64,000 bases of DNA. Source: Candidatus Latescibacterota bacterium (GTDB lineage: Bacteria; Latescibacterota; UBA2968; UBA8231). Position 1 is the first letter of the stretch. Every line of letters begins with the position of its first letter. The notes beneath the pieces were generated by a model, which did not search any database, was not told where the DNA came from, and saw only the letters and a list, made by a program, of their open reading frames with translations. The translations under genes were made by a program, and so were the position numbers. Where the stretch lies: NCBI GenBank assembly GCA_965261395.1, contig OZ253462.1:5888001-5952000 (forward strand), in the 5' to 3' direction. Positions 37,164 through 47,570 of this stretch are shown in pieces.

Positions 37164-39266
37164 TCATATTGCCCCTATTTCCTCTTCTCCAACGCGGACA
37201 AAGCCTTGGGGATCAACCAGATTCTGGTAAGCGGTCTTGAGCCAGTCGTCGCTGCGAGCCACCGTGGCTACTCGCACCTCTCCGACTTGGCCGCGGAACT
37301 GGGCTGAGCCGTCGGCCAATCCGCCGACGGCCACTGGTACCTGATTGACCTGCAGGGACCCAGTGCCAGAGCGCTCGGCCACCAAGCGGCCATCGACCCA
37401 CAGCTTGAGGGTGCGGCCGTTGTACACGCCGGCTAGGTGGTGCCAGCCTGGGGTCAGGGCTTGGTGGGCGGCTATGCTCCGCGGTCCTTTAGCGGTATTG
37501 ATCAAAAAGCTGGGTCCGGGCACGGCGGCGCACAGCCCACCGTTGTGTCCATAGTCGCTATAGCGCAGGCTGAACGAGGCGTTGGACCCCGACGTGTCGT
37601 AGCGCAAGACCCGGCCGTGGAAGGCATCTCCCTCTCCGTCGTATAGCGGTGCCCCATAAAAATAGCGCCCGTCAAAAGCCCCGGCGTTATAACCCACTGT
37701 TTTCAAGCCGTCGGTGGCGCTGGCGTCGCACGCATCCCAGCTCTGAGGGGCGCCAAAGGACCCCCGGGTATCGTAGCGCAGAAAATTGGCGTGGTACGTG
37801 CTTTTGTCTTCCCCCGCGGGCACTGTCCGCGTCCAGGGGATGAAATAGACGTAGCGGCCGTCGAAAAAACCACCGTCGAAGCCTCCGGTATCCAAACCCG
37901 AAGTATTGGTAGCGTCAAAGGTTGCCCAGCTAGCGTCGTCGGTAAAATCACCCTGCGCGTCGTAGCGGATCATATGGCTGTGACTGTAGGCGCAGAAGTA
38001 GAGGTAGCGGCCGTCGAAGACGGCACCGACATTCATCTGCATGTTCAACGGCCGGGCGTCGTATGTGCGCCAGCTATCCGGGTCGGCAAAATCGCCTTTA
38101 GTATCGTATTGCACGACCACGCCGTTGGTCAGCGGTACAAAGTAGATATAGCGCCCGTCAAAGGCCCCTCCGTCGAAACATACAGCCTCCTCCGAGAGCC
38201 CCTTGGTGTCGAAGATCCGGTAGGTGGCCGGATCTTTGAAGTCGGCCTGAGTATCCATGCGCAGCACCTTGCCACTGAGTTTACTCTCGGTCAAGGAGGC
38301 CTCCGACGTCCCATCGTATCCCGGGCAGAAGTAGAGGTAGCGGCCGTCGCAGGCGACCCCCTGGTGCGAATGCGGCAGGTCCGCATCATGCGCTTCCCAA
38401 CTCGCGGCGTTTTTGAAGGGACGGTGCGTGTCGTAGCGCAACACCCGGCTGTGGTAGCCCTCGCTGTCGTCGCGCGGTGTGAAGATGACATAGCGCCCGT
38501 CAAAGGCCGCCCCGTAGTAGCACACTGTATTCAACCCGTCCGTGCCGCGGGCATCGTGCGCTTCCCAGCTCTGAGGATCGTGGAAATCGCCTTGGGTATC
38601 GCAGCGCAATACGTTGGCGTGCACCGTGTTGCGCTCTCGATGGGAGCGGATCGGACACCAGTACACATAGCGGCCGTCGAATACAGCGCCGTAGAACCCG
38701 ACGCAGGCTAGGCCGTCGGTCTGTCCGGCGTCGTAGGCACTGAAGGCATCGAAGGATTCCCGCACCGCCCACTTGGACACCAGCGACTGCAGAACCTCAG
38801 CCCCCGATCCCGTCCCCCGCACCCACGCCTCCACGGTCAGCTCCTCGGCCAACTCCATGGCGCTCGAGCCAGCCACCACCCGCTCCCCGTGTTGCACCAG
38901 ACCATACGAGTCCTCCCAAACGCCCTGGGCCGGTGCCGTCGCTGCAACGACCGGATCGCCGTAATACAGATACAGGACCTCGTCTTGGCGACACGATAGC
39001 GCTGGCACTTCGACCCAAGCTTCTAGCTGGCCCTGCTCGGGGTCGTAGGCGACCAATTCGTGGGGCAGCCGGGTGCGGCCATCGGCTTGGGTGAAGAAGA
39101 AGTCAGCACCGTGGAGGTGGGCGACGTGGCCGCCGGCGACGGTGCTGCGCAGGGTCGGGTCGCAGAGGCGAACCAGCAGCGGGAAATCCCGCTGGTCGGT
39201 GTTGAGCACTCGGGTGTGATCGATGGTCAGGCGGCGCCGGTACGGTGAAACAGACTCTGTGGCCAT
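37164..39266 (-). CDS. DUF2341-like + LamG domain interrupted by an FDGRY-repeat beta-propeller, paralog 2
   Basis: Start set at MATESVSP (RBS GGAGG); about seven (F/C)DGRY repeats; WHHLAGVYNGRTLKLWVDG. Confidence 0.8.
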   Translation of the reverse strand: MATESVSPYRRRLTIDHTRVLNTDQRDFPLLVRLCDPTLRSTVAGGHVAHLHGADFFFTQADGRTRLPHELVAYDPEQGQLEAWVEVPALSCRQDEVLYLYYGDPVVAATAPAQGVWEDSYGLVQHGERVVAGSSAMELAEELTVEAWVRGTGSGAEVLQSLVSKWAVRESFDAFSAYDAGQTDGLACVGFYGAVFDGRYVYWCPIRSHRERNTVHANVLRCDTQGDFHDPQSWEAHDARGTDGLNTVCYYGAAFDGRYVIFTPRDDSEGYHSRVLRYDTHRPFKNAASWEAHDADLPHSHQGVACDGRYLYFCPGYDGTSEASLTESKLSGKVLRMDTQADFKDPATYRIFDTKGLSEEAVCFDGGAFDGRYIYFVPLTNGVVVQYDTKGDFADPDSWRTYDARPLNMQMNVGAVFDGRYLYFCAYSHSHMIRYDAQGDFTDDASWATFDATNTSGLDTGGFDGGFFDGRYVYFIPWTRTVPAGEDKSTYHANFLRYDTRGSFGAPQSWDACDASATDGLKTVGYNAGAFDGRYFYGAPLYDGEGDAFHGRVLRYDTSGSNASFSLRYSDYGHNGGLCAAVPGPSFLINTAKGPRSIAAHQALTPGWHHLAGVYNGRTLKLWVDGRLVAERSGTGSLQVNQVPVAVGGLADGSAQFRGQVGEVRVATVARSDDWLKTAYQNLVDPQGFVRVGEEEIGAI

Positions 39267-39304
39267 AGGACTATCCTCCGATTTGCGGTTGTCTCTTGCC
39301 AAAT

Positions 39305-41401
39305 TCACTTCGCTATTTCCTCTTCTCCAACGCGGACAAAGCCCTGGGGATCGCCCAGATTCTGGTAGGCGGTCTTGAGCCAGTCGTCGTTGCGAGCCAC
39401 CGTGGCCACCCGCACCTCTCCGACTTGGCCGCGAAACCGAGCTGAACCGTCGGCCAATCCGCCGACGGTCACCGGCACCTGATTGCCCTGCAGGGATCCA
39501 CTGCCAGAGCGCTCGGCCACCAAGCGACCGTCGACCCACAGCTTGAGGGTGCGGCCGTTGTACACGCCGGCTAGGTGGTGCCAGCCCGGGGTGAGAGCCT
39601 GGTGGGCGGCTATGCTCCGCGGTCCTTTAGCGGTATTGATCAAAAAGCTGGGCCCGGGCACGGCGGCGCACAGCCCGCCGTTGTGTCCGTAGTCGCCATA
39701 GCGCAGGCTGAACGAGGCGTTGGACCCCGCTGTGTCGTAGCGCAACACCCGGCCGTGGAAAAGCTCGTCGTCGCACAGCGGCGAGGTATAGATAAAGCGT
39801 CCGTCGAAAACGCCCCCGTTGTACCCGATAGTCTGCAGACCGTCGGTGGCGCTGGCGTCGTGCGCCGACCAGCTTTGGGGATCGCCGAAGGCCCCCCGCG
39901 TATCGTAGCGCAGAAAGTTGGCGTGATGCCCAGAGCCTTGCGGCCCTTTCAAGCGGCCCGCCCAAGGTGTGAAGTAGACGTAGCGACCATCGAAAAAACC
40001 GCCGTCCGCGCCGCTGGTATCTAGCCCCCCCGTATCGTTGGAATCGTAGGACTCCCAGCTGCTGTCGGCGGTGAAGTCGCCGTGCGTGTCACAGCGCACG
40101 ACCACGCCGTGCATGTAGGGCACGAGGTAGAGATAGCGTCCGTCGAAAACCGCGCCAACACACCAGCCGCTGCCGATGAACGGCCCGATATCGTACGTGC
40201 GCCAGCTATCCGGGTCGGCAAAATCGCCTTTAGTGTCGTATTGGAGGACCACGCCGTTTCTGAGGGGGACAAAGTAGATATAGCGGCCGTCAAAGGCTCC
40301 GCCGTCAAAACACGCGGCGTCTGGGGCAACGCTTTTCGCGTCGAATATCTTCCAGTTGGCTGACTCTTCGAACTCGCCAATAGTGTCCAGACGGACGATG
40401 CATCCGCTGTATTTGTCCTCGGCAATTAGCGAGACGCCCGGGGTTCCTTCGTACCCAGGGCAGAGGTAGATATAGCGGCCGTCAAAGGCCGCGCCCTGGT
40501 ACGAGTGAGTCAGACCTACATCGAATACTTCCCAACTGGCAATGCCCTTGAAGTCCTGGCGGGTGTCGTAGCGCAACACCCGGCTGTGGTACGCCGTACC
40601 TTCGTCCTGGGGGACGAAATACACATAGCGGCCGTCGAAGACAGCGCCGTAGTAATTTACTGTCCTCAGGGACGTTATGTTTTCGACATCGTGCGCTTCC
40701 CAGCTCTGAGGATCGTGGAAATCGCCTTGGGTATCGCAGCGCAGCACCACGCCGTGCACCGACTCCCGCTCGTTGGTGCGGCGATTGGGCGGCCAGTACA
40801 CATAGCGGCCGTCGAAAGCGCCCCCCAGATAGCCGACGCAGGCTAGGCCGTCGGTCTGTCCGGCGTCGTAGGCACTGAAGGCATCGAAGGATTCCCGCAC
40901 CGCCCACTTGGACACCAGCGACTGCAGAACCTCGGCTCCCGATCCCGCCCCCCGCACCCACGCCTCCACGGTCAATTCCTCGGCCAACTCCATCGCGCTC
41001 GAGCCGGCCACCACCCGCTCCCCGTGTTGCACCAGACCATACGAGTCCTCCCAAACGTCCCGGGCCGGTGCCGTCTTTGCAACGATCGGATCGCCGTAAT
41101 ACAGATACAGGACCTCGTCTTGGCGACACGATAGCGCTGGCACTTCGACCCAAGCTTCTAGCTGGCCCTGCTCGGGGTCGTAGGCGACCAATTCGTGGGG
41201 CAGCCGGGTGCGGCCATCGGCTTGGGTAAAGAAGAGATCGGCACCGTGGGAATGGGCGACGTGGCCGCCGCTGGCGGTGCTGCGCAGGGTCGGGTCGCAG
41301 AGGCGGATCAGCACCGGAAAATCCCGCTGGTCGGTGTTGAGCACTCGGGTGTGGTCGATGGTCAGGGGGCGTCGATACGGCGAAACAAGCTCTGCGGTCA
41401 T
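39305..41401 (-). CDS. DUF2341-like + LamG domain interrupted by an FDGRY-repeat beta-propeller, paralog 1
   Basis: DFPVLIRL, EAWVEVPALS, LYLYYGDP; FDGRY repeats; LamG C-half. Confidence 0.8.
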   Translation of the reverse strand: MTAELVSPYRRPLTIDHTRVLNTDQRDFPVLIRLCDPTLRSTASGGHVAHSHGADLFFTQADGRTRLPHELVAYDPEQGQLEAWVEVPALSCRQDEVLYLYYGDPIVAKTAPARDVWEDSYGLVQHGERVVAGSSAMELAEELTVEAWVRGAGSGAEVLQSLVSKWAVRESFDAFSAYDAGQTDGLACVGYLGGAFDGRYVYWPPNRRTNERESVHGVVLRCDTQGDFHDPQSWEAHDVENITSLRTVNYYGAVFDGRYVYFVPQDEGTAYHSRVLRYDTRQDFKGIASWEVFDVGLTHSYQGAAFDGRYIYLCPGYEGTPGVSLIAEDKYSGCIVRLDTIGEFEESANWKIFDAKSVAPDAACFDGGAFDGRYIYFVPLRNGVVLQYDTKGDFADPDSWRTYDIGPFIGSGWCVGAVFDGRYLYLVPYMHGVVVRCDTHGDFTADSSWESYDSNDTGGLDTSGADGGFFDGRYVYFTPWAGRLKGPQGSGHHANFLRYDTRGAFGDPQSWSAHDASATDGLQTIGYNGGVFDGRFIYTSPLCDDELFHGRVLRYDTAGSNASFSLRYGDYGHNGGLCAAVPGPSFLINTAKGPRSIAAHQALTPGWHHLAGVYNGRTLKLWVDGRLVAERSGSGSLQGNQVPVTVGGLADGSARFRGQVGEVRVATVARNDDWLKTAYQNLGDPQGFVRVGEEEIAK

Positions 41402-41439
41402 GGCTTTAAGACCTCATGCTGGTTGGATCATGGCGGGGG

Positions 41440-42771
41440 TCAGAGCGGATCGGGGAAGGCGATCGCCGCGTTCTGGAAGTAGCGGGTGAATATCTGTTCG
41501 AGGTTCTCCAGCAATTGGACTGCCGAGATTTCGCGGGCTACCATGAAGCGGTTCCACTCGTCCCAGTACTGCCGGTATAGAAAGGGGTGCTCGCCTTCGA
41601 GATCGAATGAAAAGGGGTAGAAACTCGTTTTCTCTCCCAAGACGACGTCCAGGCCCTGGTGAGTAGTCGGGATAGACACGCCGATGATTGAGCTGATTCT
41701 GAGAACCTCTTCCACCATCTGCTTCTGGTGCCAGCGGCTGTTTATCAGGCGCAGAAGATAGGCGGCTGGTTCGGGATGGCGCGCTAGGGAGGGGATACTG
41801 AGGGCTCTGGCATAGCCCATCAATTCGCGCAGACTGCCCTCACCCCCCTCGACGGCGGGAAAGGCATAGGTATAGAGGGGAAAATCCCCCATGATATCCC
41901 GCCGTGCGCTAGTCAGCCAATTGCCGACAAAGATGGTGGCGGCCTGACCCCGCCAGAACAGGAATTCGGACTCTATGTGGTTGAGCCCAGAAAAACCTTC
42001 GACGAAGTAGCCCCTGTCTAGCATATTTTCCACCATGCGGGCGGCCCGAAGGAAACCCGCTTCGGTCCACGGAGTCCGCCGCTGTGGATCCCGCAGGGCC
42101 TGGCGCAGCTTCTCGGCACCGAGCAGGCGCAGGGCCAGATGCTCCAGCCACCAAACCGTGTACCAATGGATGCCGTCCTGGGTGATCGGCACCACGCCGC
42201 TGCGTTTGAGGCGTTCGCAGTTGTCGAGGAACTGTTCCCAGGTCTGCGGATTGAGATTGGCTCCGGCGCGCCGGTAGAGGTCCGCGTTGCAGTAGAGCTG
42301 GAGGGAGTAGACATTCTGGGGGATGGCGTAGAAACGGCCCTCGTACATCAGGCTTTCGTGGTAGAGCGGGTCAATCGTCTCCAGCCAGGTCGCTCCCTCG
42401 GTGTCGTAAGCCGGGACCTGAAGGTAGTCGGTTATGTCGAGGACGTGCCCCTGTTTGACATAAGAGAAGATGAGGCCGGTATCGGCTCCAGCAAAGGACA
42501 TGATATCGGGGGGGTTGCCCTCCATCACGCGGATCATCAACTCCTGATAGCCCCCGCCCCCGCCGCTGGCCGGCTCGACGCGCAGATGGGGGTATTGTTC
42601 CCCAAAGCGATCCACCACCTTCCACAGCAGTTGATTGATCCGAACTTGGGAAACCCGCCGCTGGAAACCGGGGATCGAGATTTCCATTAGCTCCTCGTCG
42701 GGCAGATAATTGCCGCAGCCCCCGCTCAGGGTGCCGGCTGCCATGCATTTGAGAAAATCTCTGCGTTTCAC
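41440..42771 (-). CDS. Carbohydrate ABC substrate-binding protein, Tat-type lipoprotein
   Basis: MKRRDFLK twin-arginine motif followed by LSGGC; GNPPDI, GRFYAIP, PQTWEQF. Confidence 0.85.
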   Translation of the reverse strand: MKRRDFLKCMAAGTLSGGCGNYLPDEELMEISIPGFQRRVSQVRINQLLWKVVDRFGEQYPHLRVEPASGGGGGYQELMIRVMEGNPPDIMSFAGADTGLIFSYVKQGHVLDITDYLQVPAYDTEGATWLETIDPLYHESLMYEGRFYAIPQNVYSLQLYCNADLYRRAGANLNPQTWEQFLDNCERLKRSGVVPITQDGIHWYTVWWLEHLALRLLGAEKLRQALRDPQRRTPWTEAGFLRAARMVENMLDRGYFVEGFSGLNHIESEFLFWRGQAATIFVGNWLTSARRDIMGDFPLYTYAFPAVEGGEGSLRELMGYARALSIPSLARHPEPAAYLLRLINSRWHQKQMVEEVLRISSIIGVSIPTTHQGLDVVLGEKTSFYPFSFDLEGEHPFLYRQYWDEWNRFMVAREISAVQLLENLEQIFTRYFQNAAIAFPDPL

Positions 42772-42774
42772 GAC

Positions 42775-43620
42775 CTATCCCTTCAGAGCGCCGACGGTCA
42801 GGCCCTCGGTGATGCGGTCTTGGAGAAAGATAAATACGATGACCAAGGGGAGCATGACGATCACTAGTCCGGCGAATAGCTCTGTCCAGCGCGATTCCGT
42901 CGACATATTCCAAAACAGGGTCTGTAATCCGCGGGCCATGGTGTAGAGCCGGCCGCTGCGCAGGAGGACCAGCGACCAGAAGAATTCGTTCCAGACATTG
43001 ATGAAGTTGAAAATGGAGACCGTGATCAATCCGGGCTTGGCCAAGGGAAGCATGATCGACCAGAAGGTCTTCCACGGCGAGGCCCCATCAATCATGGCCG
43101 CCTCTTCCATTTGACTGGGCAAAGTTCTGAAAAAACCGGTGAGTACGAAGACGGAAAACGGCAGGCCCATGGCTATGTAGAGGACCAGCAGACCCAGATG
43201 ATTGTTGGTCAAGTGCATTTGCCGCATCTGCACGAAGAGCGGGAAGATGTACAGCATGGTCGGCACCATCAAGGCTGCCAAGAATAGAAAGAAGGCTAAC
43301 TGCCTGAAGGGAAAGACCACCCGCGCCAGGATGTAAGCCACCATAGCGGATAGCACCACGGACCCGCAGGTGGCCAGCGCACTGATATAGGCAGTGTTGA
43401 AAAAGTAGAGGCCGATTTCGGCGTTCTTCCAGGCGTAGGTATAATTGTCTAGACGCAGCGTTGCGGGCAGCGACCAAGTGCTGGAAAAGAATTCCGCATT
43501 GGACTTGAAGGAAGTGTAGACCACCCAGCAGATCGCTCCCAGCGAACTCAGGCAGTAGATGCCCATCAACAGAATGGTGACGAGCTTCAGCAGGGCCGGT
43601 CCGTATTGTCTATTATTCAT
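42775..43620 (-). CDS. Carbohydrate ABC permease (MalG-like)
   Basis: MEEAAMIDGAS, LPLAKPGL, VWNEFF, EGLTVGALKG. Confidence 0.92.
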   Translation of the reverse strand: MNNRQYGPALLKLVTILLMGIYCLSSLGAICWVVYTSFKSNAEFFSSTWSLPATLRLDNYTYAWKNAEIGLYFFNTAYISALATCGSVVLSAMVAYILARVVFPFRQLAFFLFLAALMVPTMLYIFPLFVQMRQMHLTNNHLGLLVLYIAMGLPFSVFVLTGFFRTLPSQMEEAAMIDGASPWKTFWSIMLPLAKPGLITVSIFNFINVWNEFFWSLVLLRSGRLYTMARGLQTLFWNMSTESRWTELFAGLVIVMLPLVIVFIFLQDRITEGLTVGALKG

Positions 43621-43632
43621 CTCTTCCCTTCC

Positions 43633-44511
43633 TCAATATTCTACGGCCTCGCGGCGCATCAGGCGGCTGACCAGCAGGCTGATGGTCAGCACTATGAGGA
43701 ACATGACGACGCCCATGGCCGTGCCGTAACCGACGCTCTGTCCCTGAAATCCGGCCCAATAGATATAGGTCCCCAGCACCTCAATGACGTTGGGATAGCC
43801 GCGGGTGATGACGAAAATCAACGCGAAGGCCTGGACCGCGTTGATGATCCAGAGGACGACTAGGATCTGGACGACATCCCAGAGCAGGGGCAGGGTCACA
43901 TGCCAGAATTGTTGCCAGGCGCTGGCTCCGTCCAGTTCGGCCGATTCGTAGAAACTGCGGGGAATTTTCTGCAGGCCGGCCAGGAAGAGAATGACATAGG
44001 TCCCTAGACCCTGCCAGACCATGGCTGCGGTAATAGCCGGCAGTGCAGTACTGTGGCGTCCTAGCCAAGGCTGGGAGTAGGCTCCCAGATCGAGCGCCCG
44101 CAGCGTCTCGTTGAGCAGACCGATGACCGGGTTATAGATACTGCCCCAAAGCACCGCGGTGACGACCACGGACAGGAGCGCAGGGGCGAAGATAATGAAC
44201 TTGAGGAAACGTTCAAAAGGGGGTTTGCTAGCTAGCACTACGGCGAAGAGCAGACTGAGCGGAAAGACTACTAGGAATCCGAGAATCCCGAAGAGGACGA
44301 CGTTCTCCAACGCGAGGAGAAAGGTGCGGTCGGAGAAAGCCCGGACGAAATTGGCCAGTCCGATGAAATGCTTGTACGGGGTTATGCCCGACCAGGAGGT
44401 CAGCGAGTAATAAAAGGCGTTGAGCGCTGGCACCACGAAGAACAGGATGTGCAGCAGGAGACCGGGGCCGAGCAGGGCTGGGATCAACTTGCGGAGTTCG
44501 CGCTGGATCAT
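43633..44511 (-). CDS. Carbohydrate ABC permease (MalF-like)
   Basis: FIGLANF, FLAGLQKIP..FYESAELDGAS, GYGTAMG. Confidence 0.92.
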   Translation of the reverse strand: MIQRELRKLIPALLGPGLLLHILFFVVPALNAFYYSLTSWSGITPYKHFIGLANFVRAFSDRTFLLALENVVLFGILGFLVVFPLSLLFAVVLASKPPFERFLKFIIFAPALLSVVVTAVLWGSIYNPVIGLLNETLRALDLGAYSQPWLGRHSTALPAITAAMVWQGLGTYVILFLAGLQKIPRSFYESAELDGASAWQQFWHVTLPLLWDVVQILVVLWIINAVQAFALIFVITRGYPNVIEVLGTYIYWAGFQGQSVGYGTAMGVVMFLIVLTISLLVSRLMRREAVEY

Positions 44512-44538
44512 CGGCTGCCCACCTGCCGGAAGGCCTTT

Positions 44539-46491
44539 TCAATCCCCAACTGCCGCCGGGAATTTTCGTCCGAGCGTTTCGATGTTTTCATCGAAGAAAA
44601 TCACCTCGTCTTTGTAGGTAGTGCGCAATCCTTCCAGCCAGCGGCCGAATAATACGTGCTCCTTTTCCCGGCGCAGCCTGGCGGTAATCCGCTCCTCTAC
44701 TTCCGCAAAGGGCCGTATCGCCGATTCTCGGCGACTGATCACTTTGGCGACCGAATAGAGAGAATCGATCGCCAAAGGGCCGATGAGAGCGCCGATTTCG
44801 GCTTCCATCGCCTCCCTGACCAAGGGACCGAAACGCGCCTCGTCGTACCAGTGGAGGTGGTAATGGCCCTCTGTCTGGGCACTGCCTGGGCGCACACTTT
44901 GGGCAACCGCCAACTGCCGCGCGATGTACTGCTCCACCAAGTCCTCGGGGCTCGGGACACTGGCGATTTCTTCGAGGACCTGCGCCATTTGCTCTTCGTC
45001 GTCCAGCCGCCGGCTTAGCCAGGCGAAGACCGGCGGATCGCCGCCCAGTTCCCGCAGGGCTTTTACCTCCTCCCCGGTGGCCTGCCCACTCTCCAGTTTC
45101 TGTCTGAACCGCCTGCAAAGGGCAACCAGTGGTGTCGCCCGGTGCAGGTCCGACCCCATCTGCTCGAGCAGTTCCCGGGCCTCGGTTTCGTCCCCGACCA
45201 GAATCTCCACGATCTCGACTTCCGAAGGAGTTCGGTACGTGTCTTTGTTCTCCTCGTAGAATCTCGACACTTCCCGGTCGGTCACTACCACTTTCTGCGT
45301 CGCTTTGAGCCGGCGTATCTCCCGAATCAGGGTCTCCTCTTCCCTGTGCTTGCTCCAGGCTTTGATTTCGGGTTCCCGATCAATTCCCAACTCATACGCC
45401 CAGAGCAGCAAGAGCCGTGGCACGACCACATCGCGCTCTAGAAAGTGGATTACCTTCAGACTGTCGTCGACGCCTCTGCCACGGCGAATAAATGGCGATT
45501 GCTCTATGGCCTCTCCGAGGGGAATATATCCGTTCTCGTACTTGAAAAGTGGCATTGCGGAAGTGGCCACGGATAGACGCCCCACGCCTTCTTCCTGGAC
45601 CCGGCGCAATAGCCCCATCAGAGTGCCGAGGCCGGCGGAATCGGGATCCAGCCCGAACCGCTGCGCCAGCGAATCGATGTAGGACCGGCGCACCGCGTCC
45701 AACTGCTGCCGGACGATTCCCTTGCGGATCCGGTCTCTGACCTCTTCGTAGGCTACCTGCTGCTCGTCCAGGACTTTGAAAAGCTCGTACCCTTTAGGGT
45801 TGGGAACTATCTCCGAGATTTCGCCCACCCGCAGGTGGAACAGCGCATCGCGCACTACCTGAGTAGCGCCATCGGGACTGTAGTAATGGAGCAATTCGCC
45901 ACCGCGCCTCGCACTGGGCGGATACTCCGAGAACTGGCGCGCCACCGCATCGAAGGACCGTCCGGCTCGCAGGGCCGCCATGACCTCATCGGCGCGTTCC
46001 TGGGTGCTCACGACAATGTGGGCGATCTTTAGCCGGCGATTCCAGTGGCCCTGAGCAAAGGCCCGCTCTATTTCCTCCTCGTCAACCTCCACTCGGGGCC
46101 GGATGTGGCGGGAGGCGGCCTCTTGGCCCAGCTTTTTCGCCACTACGCGCGCCAGATTTTTACGGACATTCGGGCTCTTCTCCAGACTTAGGGTCCGCGC
46201 TTCGCGCAGAATGAGGATGCGATCAATCAAGGTCTGCAGATAATCGCGGACCTGGGCGCTGCCTTCTTGCTCACTTGTGGTCCAGGCCGGCAGCTTAGCG
46301 ACGAAGCGTTCGAGATCCTGGACCGAGACCGTCTCCTCCCCAACCTGTGCCAGGATCCGGCCATTTTCCTCTGGGGGAGACTCCTGCTGTCCGCAGGAGG
46401 CGGCGCAGAGGGCGCTCAGCAAGACGCCTACCAGCCACTGGCATCTCCCTGTGGGACAACAGCCATTAAAGAAAAGAGAGACGGTATTCAT
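44539..46491 (-). CDS. Parvulin-type peptidyl-prolyl isomerase / SurA-PrsA-like foldase, probable lipoprotein
   Basis: AASC lipobox; KIAHIVV..ADEV...FDAVARQFSE..SARRGGEL..VGEISEIV; second degenerate rotamase domain. Confidence 0.8.
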   Translation of the reverse strand: MNTVSLFFNGCCPTGRCQWLVGVLLSALCAASCGQQESPPEENGRILAQVGEETVSVQDLERFVAKLPAWTTSEQEGSAQVRDYLQTLIDRILILREARTLSLEKSPNVRKNLARVVAKKLGQEAASRHIRPRVEVDEEEIERAFAQGHWNRRLKIAHIVVSTQERADEVMAALRAGRSFDAVARQFSEYPPSARRGGELLHYYSPDGATQVVRDALFHLRVGEISEIVPNPKGYELFKVLDEQQVAYEEVRDRIRKGIVRQQLDAVRRSYIDSLAQRFGLDPDSAGLGTLMGLLRRVQEEGVGRLSVATSAMPLFKYENGYIPLGEAIEQSPFIRRGRGVDDSLKVIHFLERDVVVPRLLLLWAYELGIDREPEIKAWSKHREEETLIREIRRLKATQKVVVTDREVSRFYEENKDTYRTPSEVEIVEILVGDETEARELLEQMGSDLHRATPLVALCRRFRQKLESGQATGEEVKALRELGGDPPVFAWLSRRLDDEEQMAQVLEEIASVPSPEDLVEQYIARQLAVAQSVRPGSAQTEGHYHLHWYDEARFGPLVREAMEAEIGALIGPLAIDSLYSVAKVISRRESAIRPFAEVEERITARLRREKEHVLFGRWLEGLRTTYKDEVIFFDENIETLGRKFPAAVGD

Positions 46492-46509
46492 AAGGCGAAC
46501 CGAAGATTG

Positions 46510-47340
46510 TCAAATGCCGTACACTCTGGCGGCGTTTTCGCCCAGTACTAGAGTCCGTCCGCCATGGTCCAGGCTCTCTACAAAGCTGCGTACGAGTTCC
46601 AGATTCTGTCTGTAGGTGAGGTGGAGAGCCGCCGGCGGCCAGTCCGAGCCCCAGAGGACGCGGTCGGTGCCCCAGCCGTCGAGTAACCGAGCAATGAAGC
46701 CCAGAATCCGTGGGCAGCGAAAATCCCAGGGCGTTGCTGCCGCAGCATAGAATCCGGACGCCTTGACGAAAAGATTGGACGGCGACTCACCCTCCAGCAG
46801 CCCTCCGTAACTGGGTTCGTCTGGATTGAAGAGGTGGGCTGGCAGTCCCAGGTGGTTGCTCACGAAGCGAATATCGGGATAGGTCCGCGCCAGCCGTAGG
46901 AGGACGGGGTAATCGGGCGGTCTGATCTGCAGATTGCAGACCTGACCGCAGGACCTGAAAGCCTCCCAGAGGGGCTCGCGGTCCGGCTGCACCATCCAAC
47001 TGAGATCGCCATCCGGGGGATAGTAGCTGATGCCCACGGTGCCGAATTCTTCCCGGGCTCGAGTAACCTGCTCCGCTGCATCTGGATTGTCGAGTTGAAC
47101 GTCGACTAGGGTGGCCAAGCGGTCGGGGTGTACCCTAGCGAGGTGGGCACACTCCTCGTTGTTGTGGGGCGAATACGCCGCCACCACGGGGACGAGAACG
47201 GCTTTTTCCACTCCGCACTCGTCCATGTGCTGGAGCAGCCGCTCGCACCGTCCCTCGAACCAATTCTCCCCTCTCTCCTGGTCGGGGTCAACGGGCGCGT
47301 AGTTGTCGAGGACGTGAACATGGGTATCGATGATGCGCAT
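46510..47340 (-). CDS. Amidohydrolase_2 family protein
   Basis: MRIIDTHVH, NHLG, NLFVKASG, RVLWGSDWP, ENAARVY. Confidence 0.9.
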   Translation of the reverse strand: MRIIDTHVHVLDNYAPVDPDQERGENWFEGRCERLLQHMDECGVEKAVLVPVVAAYSPHNNEECAHLARVHPDRLATLVDVQLDNPDAAEQVTRAREEFGTVGISYYPPDGDLSWMVQPDREPLWEAFRSCGQVCNLQIRPPDYPVLLRLARTYPDIRFVSNHLGLPAHLFNPDEPSYGGLLEGESPSNLFVKASGFYAAAATPWDFRCPRILGFIARLLDGWGTDRVLWGSDWPPAALHLTYRQNLELVRSFVESLDHGGRTLVLGENAARVYGI

Positions 47341-47540
47341 GGAAATATCCTTGCCTTTGGCGTTCTCGGAAACACCGGGGATGCCCGTATTGAGCACAAA
47401 GAGAATGCCGGTCAGCACGGTACGGTTATCTATGCTATACTCAACAGCTAGTTTTGTTGGAAACTCTTATTTTGACGCGCTGACTTTATATGTGAGAGTA
47501 AATTATAGATTGGATAGGTTGTATCACAACAAAAATTTGT

Positions 47541-47570
47541 TTGACATCTTTAAGAGACATTTACTATTAT
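47541..47570 (+). promoter_or_regulatory. Putative sigma70 promoter of the 47722-59823 operon
   Basis: TTGACA-N18-TATTAT in an AT-rich divergent intergenic region. Confidence 0.5.

Noticed and set aside
39267-39539. N-terminal extension of the 37164 ORF
   Set aside because: It overlaps the upstream paralog out of frame; homology and an RBS support the start at 39266.
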